Positions 54,689 to 61,625 of a DNA stretch of 61,625 nt are shown here, one piece after another. The position numbers were made by a program, and so were the translations under genes. Origin of the DNA: Candidatus Hermodarchaeota archaeon (GTDB lineage Archaea > Asgardarchaeota > Lokiarchaeia > Sigyniarchaeales > SOKP01); the NCBI GenBank assembly GCA_048885535.1, contig JBHLLO010000004.1, positions 1-61,625 on the forward strand, written 5' to 3'. Under the pieces are notes generated by a model that was given only the letters and a program-made list of their open reading frames with translations, made no database searches and was not told the DNA's origin. Every line of letters starts with the position of its first letter. Positions within the stretch are counted from its first letter, which is position 1.

Positions 54689-55477
54689 ATGAACATACTA
54701 TTAAACACAAAAGATAAAAAAGCATTATTGGCTGCCATTGAAAGTAATTTAGATGATTTCTATGTAAAATGTTCACATCACCCAAATTTCGAATTAGCCC
54801 AAAGTGATACGATTAATTGGGTTCGGGCTAAATATGTTGACTGGCCAAATTGCATCTTTAAAGTAAACTTTAAAAATTTAGATATAGATGCTGAAATTAA
54901 TCAAATTAAGGCATTAATTCAAAATAAGGAAGCTCCTAACGCATGGACTTTGGGACCATTAACGGAGCCATCTAGTTTGGGATCTAAGTTGGAGCAATTT
55001 GGTTTTTTAAATGTATATCAACAAGCAGGAATGGTTTTGAATCTTCAAGATCTAACCAAATTGGATTTTAAATCAATTGAAACAGAAATAAAAATTGTTG
55101 ATAACTTGCCAATGCTTCAAGAGTGGTCAAAAATAGTTTCATTGGTTTTTAATCTTAAAGTTGATTTAGATTTACTTAAATATCTCTTATACGAGAAAGA
55201 AGCTCGTTTCTACCTTGGTTATTATAATGGTAAGCCAGCAACAACCTTATTATTATATCTTTCATCAGGAGTGGGAGGATTACATGCTGTATCTACTTTA
55301 CAAGAGTTTAGAAACAAAGGTCTTGGCTTAATAATAAGTGGAAGAGCCCTAAAAGATGCTCTTACACTGGGTTATAAAGTTGGAGTCCTTCAAGCTTCAA
55401 AAATAGGAGAAAGAGTATATAGGAAATTGGGATTTAAAAAACAATGTGATATTTTCTCTTATGAACTTCAAAGCTAG
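54689..55477 (+). CDS. GNAT family N-acetyltransferase
   Basis: VSTLQEFRNKGLG, LQASKIGERVYRKLGF. Confidence 0.85.
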   Translation: MNILLNTKDKKALLAAIESNLDDFYVKCSHHPNFELAQSDTINWVRAKYVDWPNCIFKVNFKNLDIDAEINQIKALIQNKEAPNAWTLGPLTEPSSLGSKLEQFGFLNVYQQAGMVLNLQDLTKLDFKSIETEIKIVDNLPMLQEWSKIVSLVFNLKVDLDLLKYLLYEKEARFYLGYYNGKPATTLLLYLSSGVGGLHAVSTLQEFRNKGLGLIISGRALKDALTLGYKVGVLQASKIGERVYRKLGFKKQCDIFSYELQS

Positions 55478-55523
55478 TCAAAAATGTAAGTTTTTTTTAT
55501 TGAAGAATTTCATAAAAAAATTC

Positions 55524-55620
55524 GTATAAGTTTAAATATTATCTTAACTCAATTTAGTATAACAATTTTGTAAAATGTAATCCAATATAAAATCTAAAAA
55601 GCTATTAGTTGATAAATATG
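55524..55620 (+). repeat. Conserved upstream/promoter block copy 1
   Basis: gtataagtttaaatattatcttaactcaatttagtataacaattttgtaaaatgtaatccaata...tagttgataaatatg. Confidence 0.85.
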
Positions 55621-56007
55621 GCTTCAAGAGCAGGACGTATTTTGGGAGAAGTAGGTGCAATTATCTTAATGGCATATACATTATATGGCATTCAAATGAC
55701 TATGTACTTTCAAAGTTGGCCACCTTCTGATTGGAGATTACTCCTTTCGATAATATTAACTTTAGTTTGGGGCGCTGGTATCATAATTGGAGTTGTATTA
55801 GCTGCAAGAGACATTAAGGTGGGTAATTATCTGATATTAGCCTTTGGCTCAATTGCTTTAGTGGGTACATTTATTCCTCTTCATGTTTATAGATTCCCAC
55901 CAATGTTTTTTAATATTATACCTTTAAGTATGACCTTTTTCTATGTAGACGTTTTGTTAGTTCTTGTTGGAGGAATTCTTGCAGTTGTAACAGGAGGAAG
56001 AGACTAA
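55618..56007 (+). CDS. Small 4-TM membrane protein, paralog A
   Basis: MASRAGRILGEVGA...RDIKVGNYLIL...YVDVLL..VGGILA; ATG 55618 (TTG 55609 alternative). Confidence 0.75.
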   Translation: MASRAGRILGEVGAIILMAYTLYGIQMTMYFQSWPPSDWRLLLSIILTLVWGAGIIIGVVLAARDIKVGNYLILAFGSIALVGTFIPLHVYRFPPMFFNIIPLSMTFFYVDVLLVLVGGILAVVTGGRD

Positions 56008-56025
56008 TTTAGCATAATTAATTCA

Positions 56026-56036
56026 TTTTTTTTTTT
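56026..56036 (+). terminator. Oligo-T terminator candidate
   Basis: T11 run 18 nt after stop of paralog A; comparable T tracts follow paralogs B and C. Confidence 0.5.
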
Positions 56037-56119
56037 AATTTAGGATTATCTGATAATTTGGATATAGACTCTAAGCGTTTCTTTTAAAGAAATAAATCAA
56101 GATTAAACTTGATAAATTA

Positions 56120-56216
56120 GTATAAATTTAAATACTATCTCAACACAATTTAGTATAACAATTTTGTAAAATGTAATCCAATATCAAATTTAAAAAGCTA
56201 TTAGTTGGTAAATATG
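56120..56216 (+). repeat. Conserved upstream/promoter block copy 2
   Basis: gtataaatttaaatactatctcaacacaatttagtataacaattttgtaaaatgtaatccaata...tagttggtaaatatg. Confidence 0.85.
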
Positions 56217-56603
56217 GCTTCAAGAGCAGGACGTATTTTGGGAGAAGTAGGTGCAATTATCTTAATGGCATTTACTTTATTTGGCATTCAAATGAGTATG
56301 TATTTCGGAGGTTGGCCACCTTATAATTGGCAATATATGCTTTCAATCATAATGACTTTTGTTTGGGGTACCGGTATCATAGTTGGAGTAGTTTTAAGTG
56401 CAAGAGACATAAAGGTAGGAAATTATTTAATATTATCATTTGGAATTATTGCTTTAATAGGTACATTTATTCCTCTTGAGATTTTTGCTTTTCCTCCAAT
56501 GCTTTTTAATATTAGACCTTTAAATATGACATTCTATTATATTGATGTTTTATTAGTCATCGTAGGTGGCATTCTTGCTATAACAATGGGAGGAAGAGAT
56601 TAA
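56214..56603 (+). CDS. Small 4-TM membrane protein, paralog B
   Basis: Same length as paralog A and closely similar along its whole length. Confidence 0.75.
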   Translation: MASRAGRILGEVGAIILMAFTLFGIQMSMYFGGWPPYNWQYMLSIIMTFVWGTGIIVGVVLSARDIKVGNYLILSFGIIALIGTFIPLEIFAFPPMLFNIRPLNMTFYYIDVLLVIVGGILAITMGGRD

Positions 56604-56756
56604 ACCAGCAGAAATAAATTCATAATTTTTTCTTTTTTTTCAAATTTTGAGAAGAGATATTTAACAGGCTTAACTCTCTCAGATTAATATTAATTTAAGC
56701 AAAAATACATGGATCTAGTGAATATGCATAAAATTTGTTTATAATTTTAAAAATTT

Positions 56757-56853
56757 GTATAAGTTTAAATATTATCTTAACACAATTTAGTATAACAATT
56801 TTGTAAAATGCAATCCAATAAGTAACCAAAAAAATAAATAGTTGGTAAAAATG
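56757..56853 (+). repeat. Conserved upstream/promoter block copy 3
   Basis: gtataagtttaaatattatcttaacacaatttagtataacaattttgtaaaatgcaatccaata...tagttggtaaaaatg. Confidence 0.85.
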
Positions 56854-57255
56854 GCAGAAAAATCAGGACCTATCTTAGGTTTGGTAGGAGGATTAATGTT
56901 AGCGGCATTAAATTTAATCGCTTTTCAATTCCTTCCATGGTCTGCTCCTCCCCCTTCAAATATTGCTGTAGCTTACTTTCTTAACTTTATATTTACTTTT
57001 ATTTGGGTAGCTATTACTGTAACGGGAGCTATTTTAGCTATAAGAGACATTTTCATTGGAAAATATATTATGTTAGCGGGAGGGCTATTGATTCTAATAG
57101 GTAAAATGATTCCTATCGCCTATTGTCCATACTCTTGCTTTCAAATACTGAATTTCGTTCCATTAAACCGTTCTTTCTGGTTTGTAGATGCTATCTTAAT
57201 AATCGTTGGTGGAGTTACTGCTATTGCTAAAAAAGAAGAAGTAGCCCCAATGTAA
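56851..57255 (+). CDS. Small 4-TM membrane protein, diverged paralog C
   Basis: G.ILG.VG, PP, W...I...G..LA.RDI..G.Y, PLN..F..VD.IL..VGG shared with A/B. Confidence 0.7.
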   Translation: MAEKSGPILGLVGGLMLAALNLIAFQFLPWSAPPPSNIAVAYFLNFIFTFIWVAITVTGAILAIRDIFIGKYIMLAGGLLILIGKMIPIAYCPYSCFQILNFVPLNRSFWFVDAILIIVGGVTAIAKKEEVAPM

Positions 57256-57304
57256 AAGCTTAATCTTCAAAATTATCTTTTTTTTATTGCTTTTTATTTG
57301 AAAA

Positions 57305-57635
57305 GACGAGTGATATATATACCCACCTTTCTGTAATATTTTTCGTCACCAAAAAATATTTGAGGCATCAAACTGTGCGGCCTACCCAAAGTTCGCTCCA
57401 AGTATCTCATCACTTTCATTTGGCCTTACACCAAGGTTTTTAGCTCGTTCCAACCATTCCTTTATACTTATTCTTTGGCTTATATCCAAATCATTAATAT
57501 TTGTAAAAAGGCAGTGTCGTTTCAGTTCCTAAAATATGGTTCTCACCATAGCAGCTCTCGCTACACCTTGCTTGGAGTATGAGGTGAGGTTCCTCAGCAG
57601 GTCATGCCTACCGTCAGCCTCATATATCACTTGTC
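57305..57635 (-). ncRNA. rnpB: RNase P RNA (archaeal)
   Basis: Sense strand: P1 GACAAGUGAUAUAU/AUAUAUCACUCGUC, CR-I GAGGAACCUCACC, CR-V ACAGAAAGGUGGGUAU (P4 pairing), CUGAAAC and UGGAAC conserved loops; GC-enriched and ORF-free. Confidence 0.92.
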
Positions 57636-57697
57636 TGTCTTCTTAAAAGAAAGTTTGTTATAAAAAACTTTTCTTAGTTTTTATTGAATTAAATCTT

Positions 57698-58891
57698 TCA
57701 AATAATAAGAGAAAAATTAACAAAATAATTATCAAATTCTGAACTATAAATGGGAGTAATTTTTTTTAGATAATCAAATAATTTTTCACTTCTTAGAAAA
57801 TCTATATACTCTTTCTTGTAAAACCAACCACGAGGTAATTCAAATATAAAATTCCATAACTTGGGGATTTTTTTTTCTTTCCTTTGATTCTTCCTTTGAT
57901 AATATCGCACCTTCTCACAACAATTTTGCCAAAAAAGAAATAGTCTTGGGTCTACTTGATCATCATATTTAATTGGCTCTCTTTTAAAAGAAGTTGAGGC
58001 AAGAACCATTAATAAAGGTAAAGCATACTTAAATTGAATGACTGTATGTTCATCTTGCAATGATTTAATAAAGTTTTCCCAACTATTACCAGTTTCTCTT
58101 AAAGCACCTTCAATTTTAGAATAATATAGTTCTTTTGTCAATTCTGAATTAGTATCAACAAATTGGAAAATTCTTAGAGCACATGAAATACGCCATTTTA
58201 AATTTTGGATATCAAGATCTGAAAGTGCCTTAAATAAAGCAAATCTACGGTTATCAAAAGCAAAAGTTCTAGTTTTAATAAAAATACTAGTTAAATTTTG
58301 ATGTATATTTTCATAATTATCAAAATAGTGATCAAAAATTCTAGAATAATCATACCCTAAAATATCAATTATTGTAAAAGTAGTCAGAATTTGAAAGAAA
58401 GTGTAAATATCTTCTTGAAAAGACCATAGTTCTTGTAAATCTTGATCATTAAAAATCGAAATGGCTCCATAATAGCTTGATTCTCCTGTAAATATAGTTC
58501 CTAGAAGTAGATGGTACTTTATAGTGCCATATAATACCTTTTGCTGTTTAAAATTTAAACCCAATTTAGATAACATTTTTTTTTGTTTGATTAAGTTTGC
58601 AGACTCAAAAGTATGCCATTCTCTATTAAATGGTCTTCCAATATCATGAAATAAGAGAAGTAAAGGAAAAATATCTCTATTATAGTTAAAAATTTTAACT
58701 AAATTGTTCTTCAATAATGTTATATTTTCTCTTTTAATCTCTAAGTTAAGTTTTTCATTCATAATAGCATAATATATCCATAATGAGCGAAAAATATGCC
58801 GTAATGTCCTTAATGTTTCTGCTTTATTGTATTTTAATCCTAGATCTATTAATTCTTTCCATTCAGGGATTATTTTACTTATTTTTCTCAT
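57698..58891 (-). CDS. HD-domain-like hypothetical protein
   Basis: LRHI...LLFHDIGR..WHTFES..KYHL...IDILG spacing of HD metal ligands. Confidence 0.55.
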   Translation of the reverse strand: MRKISKIIPEWKELIDLGLKYNKAETLRTLRHIFRSLWIYYAIMNEKLNLEIKRENITLLKNNLVKIFNYNRDIFPLLLLFHDIGRPFNREWHTFESANLIKQKKMLSKLGLNFKQQKVLYGTIKYHLLLGTIFTGESSYYGAISIFNDQDLQELWSFQEDIYTFFQILTTFTIIDILGYDYSRIFDHYFDNYENIHQNLTSIFIKTRTFAFDNRRFALFKALSDLDIQNLKWRISCALRIFQFVDTNSELTKELYYSKIEGALRETGNSWENFIKSLQDEHTVIQFKYALPLLMVLASTSFKREPIKYDDQVDPRLFLFWQNCCEKVRYYQRKNQRKEKKIPKLWNFIFELPRGWFYKKEYIDFLRSEKLFDYLKKITPIYSSEFDNYFVNFSLII

Positions 58892-59051
58892 TTCTAAGGA
58901 CTCAATTAAAATCTCGCCAGAATTATCACAAAACTGTAATTCTACTTTCTGAAAAATCTCATCAAGCTTTTCATGAAAATTAATATAAAATTACCCCATA
59001 TTAATTGATTTGGCTAAAATTTGTAAGAAACTCTACCTCTAATGATGCTGT

Positions 59052-59270
59052 TTAAGAATGCTGAACTAATTTAACAAAATGTTCAAAATCTCTATTGTAT
59101 GAACTCTCTGCATCCTTTGATATATGAGCAAAAATACAACCTGGTAATTGATCCATTTTTAAATGATATTGGATACACTCACAGCATTTACCTCTCCTTG
59201 AACAACTCATATATGTACATGCACATTCTTTACTTATTTTCTCGTAATCACATTCAACCATTTTTTTCAC
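59052..59270 (-). CDS. Small Cys-rich protein (DUF6485-like)
   Basis: CACTYMSCSRRGKCCECIQYH...QLPGC. Confidence 0.7.
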   Translation of the reverse strand: MKKMVECDYEKISKECACTYMSCSRRGKCCECIQYHLKMDQLPGCIFAHISKDAESSYNRDFEHFVKLVQHS

Positions 59271-59292
59271 AATGATAAATAAATTAAACTAC

Positions 59293-59418
59293 CTAATTTT
59301 TCTTAACTACTTTTTCTACTAAGCTGAACGTACCATCTTCAGCTTTACATTTTGGGCATTTTTTCGGAATCTCTTCCATGTCAAAAGTAGCACCACATTT
59401 ATCGCATTTCCATGGCAT
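59293..59418 (-). CDS. 41-aa rubredoxin-like/zinc-ribbon miniprotein (not in ORF track)
   Basis: MPWKCDKCGATFDMEEIPKKCPKCKAEDGTFSLVEKVVKKN. Confidence 0.8.
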   Translation of the reverse strand: MPWKCDKCGATFDMEEIPKKCPKCKAEDGTFSLVEKVVKKN

Positions 59419-59528
59419 ATCTTTTAATCGAGATGTCTTGTAAAAAATCTTAGGCTTTATAAAGATATAGAAAAAAGGAATTTAATAAAATTTTACTTTA
59501 TAAAAAGAATTCGAAGCAAAATTTATTA

Positions 59529-60350
59529 TTATCGGTACAGTAATTCTATTTCATCTTTCGATAAAATAATGTCTGCTGCTTCCGCATTAGATATCGTATG
59601 AATAGCTTGTTTCGCCTTGGGTATGGTAATCACGTTATCATGATTAACTAACCAGGCTATAGCTATTTGTTGAATAGAAGCATTATGGTTTTTTGCAATT
59701 TTCTCTAATTTTATTTTCAATGCATTATCTATTTTTGTATAACCCCTGTGTGCTAGAGGGCTATATGCTGTCATTAAGATGCCATTCTGTTTATAATATG
59801 GTAATGATCTAAATAAATGCTTTTGAAAAGTCAAATTTACATGCAATTGGTTATTAATGAGTTTACAATCTTTTAAATAACCTTGTGCTTCAATAAACTG
59901 ATTTACAGAGAAATTACTAACGCCAACATATCTTGTTTTTTCTTCTCTAACAAGATCCTCAAGAACAACCATCTGTTTTTTAATTGAAATTAAATTAGAT
60001 GGCCAATGAATCAAATATAAATCCAAATATTTAATGCCCAATCTCTTTAATGACTTATAAGCTGCTCTCTTCATAGTTTCATATCTGACATGAATGGGAA
60101 ATAGTTTACTAGTAATGAATAAATCATCTCTATCATATTCCTTAATAATTTCTCCGATTAACTTCTCAGATTCCCCATTTCCATAAAATTCTGCAGTATC
60201 TATGTGGGTTAAACCTAGTTCAATTCCTTTCCTTAAAGACGCTTTCCATTCCTCATAAAAAGCTTTCGACCTAAATCTTTTAATTCCCCAAGCCCCCTGT
60301 CCTACTATGGGAAGTTTTTCTTTCGATTCTCCAATTTCAACATATCTCAA
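59529..60350 (-). CDS. Aldo/keto reductase
   Basis: HIDTAEFYG, FITSK, LDLYLIHWP, GVSNF, AYSPL, IPKA; TTG start 6 nt after GGTGA. Confidence 0.92.
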   Translation of the reverse strand: MRYVEIGESKEKLPIVGQGAWGIKRFRSKAFYEEWKASLRKGIELGLTHIDTAEFYGNGESEKLIGEIIKEYDRDDLFITSKLFPIHVRYETMKRAAYKSLKRLGIKYLDLYLIHWPSNLISIKKQMVVLEDLVREEKTRYVGVSNFSVNQFIEAQGYLKDCKLINNQLHVNLTFQKHLFRSLPYYKQNGILMTAYSPLAHRGYTKIDNALKIKLEKIAKNHNASIQQIAIAWLVNHDNVITIPKAKQAIHTISNAEAADIILSKDEIELLYR

Positions 60351-60505
60351 AAAAGCTCACCTTTATATAGAGAAAACTTAACCAGAGATTTATTTTTAAT
60401 TTTTTGAAATTATTGATATTATGAACAATTAAATTAATTAAGAACGAGATTTTTTAGTAAAATTTTATAATTTATAAAGTTATACATAAGTTCAGATGTT
60501 TTCTA

Positions 60506-61033
60506 TTATATCAAATCAAGAATTTTTTCATATATCTCATATTGATTATTAACATTCATCTGGAATAGTTTTAGGTTCGAGAGATTTAATAGTTCTCTTT
60601 TTATGGGATGTTTTAGTTTTTCTCCTATAGTTGCTATTATTTTTAAATTTGAATAAAATACTTCTTTTAAAAATTGGACAAATAACAGAGAATGTAATTC
60701 CATTTTTCCAATTTCATCAATAATTAGAAGATCAAGAGTCTCCAAACTGCTTAACTGTAATTCTTTCAAATAACTATTAAAAATGTCTATAAATATGCAA
60801 TAATTACCTAATTTATATTTTGTATCATAATTACCTTTACGTGCAAGTGAAAATAACTTACCAGATTCAATATCATGAATGTTAAAACCAATCCTTTTTC
60901 GTGCTTCCTTAACTTCTGGAGTTAAAAATCCCCCTAACTTATAATTTTTCGACTTATAATAAGAAATCAATTTTGTTATTAAAGTTGATTTGCCACATCT
61001 AGGTGGACCTGCAATTAAAACTTTTGAAAACAT
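60506..61033 (-). CDS. NTPase (THEP1/NTPase_1 family)
   Basis: GPPRCGKST, GGFLTPEV, RIGF, IIDEIGKMEL. Confidence 0.9.
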   Translation of the reverse strand: MFSKVLIAGPPRCGKSTLITKLISYYKSKNYKLGGFLTPEVKEARKRIGFNIHDIESGKLFSLARKGNYDTKYKLGNYCIFIDIFNSYLKELQLSSLETLDLLIIDEIGKMELHSLLFVQFLKEVFYSNLKIIATIGEKLKHPIKRELLNLSNLKLFQMNVNNQYEIYEKILDLI

Positions 61034-61058
61034 GATTTAATTCGAAAAGAAGAAGATT

Positions 61059-61625
61059 TCATTTTTCTTTCTGTGATAACTCTTGAAATTTTAGCAATAA
61101 CTTCTTTTGTTCATCATTAATATCTTTTGGAATTTCTATCCTAACAACTACATATTGGTCACCTTTAGCCTTCCCTCTTAAATAAGGTACACCATGATTC
61201 TTTATTCGAAATTCTGTTCCATATTGCGTTCCTGGTGGTATTGACAACTCTTTTTCAGTTAGTTGGTTATTTTTATGATCAAGAGTGGGAACCTTTATTT
61301 TTCCACCTGTTATAGCAGTTACAATATCTATATCCATTGGAGTGTAAAGATCGTTACCACGTCGAATAAAATTCTCGTTTTCAATGACTCTAATCCCTAA
61401 ATATAAATCTCCCGGAACCGCATTTACTGAGGGTACATGCCCTGCGCCTTGCACTTTAAGATGAACACCATCATCAATTCCTGCGGGAATATCTACGTGA
61501 ATAGTTTTATCTTCTGGTACAACCTTCTTTCCTTTACAGATTTTACATTTCTTTTCAATTATCTTTCCTGTCCCATTACAAACATTACACCCTGTAGTGC
61601 GAATTATTGTACTAAAACCCTGTCT
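61059..61625 (-). CDS. dnaJ: Chaperone DnaJ, C-terminal part (5' end outside window)
   Basis: Frame open to window edge: CNVCNGTG..CKICKG, IPAGIDDG, PGDLY, RRGNDLY, IPPGTQ, GDQYV. Confidence 0.93.
   Translation of the reverse strand, partial: RQGFSTIIRTTGCNVCNGTGKIIEKKCKICKGKKVVPEDKTIHVDIPAGIDDGVHLKVQGAGHVPSVNAVPGDLYLGIRVIENENFIRRGNDLYTPMDIDIVTAITGGKIKVPTLDHKNNQLTEKELSIPPGTQYGTEFRIKNHGVPYLRGKAKGDQYVVVRIEIPKDINDEQKKLLLKFQELSQKEK

Noticed and set aside
55524-56853. CRISPR-like or attC-like repeat array
   Set aside because: Only three copies ~600 nt apart, each at a fixed distance upstream of a paralogous gene; no cas or integron integrase; best read as duplicated promoter regions.

Overview
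AT-rich archaeal chromosomal window, most consistent with an Asgard archaeon (Lokiarchaeia/Promethearchaeota-like). The taxonomy is inferred from orc1/cdc6, xerA, an archaeal RNase P RNA, an HdrA-MvhD fusion, GGTGA ribosome-binding sites and several eukaryotic-signature-type proteins (Rab-like GTPase, gelsolin-domain protein, GIFT/IFT52-like protein, tandem vWA + PHD/RING-like proteins). About 58 CDSs, no CRISPR array, rRNA, tRNA or transposase recognised. The main discovery: purA (minus strand, 31078..29738) is interrupted inside its invariant P-loop (WGD|EGKGK) by a 30-nt insert carrying two in-frame stops. The insert folds into a relaxed bulge-helix-bulge motif whose predicted cut sites restore the reading frame exactly, so it is a candidate endonuclease-spliced intron in an Asgard protein-coding mRNA. 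Secondary points: CTG/ATT start codons on hdrA and hypB, an unassigned glycyl-radical enzyme + sulfatase cluster, and three tandem membrane-protein paralogs sharing a hyperconserved upstream element. All calls come from reading motifs by eye; no database searches were run.
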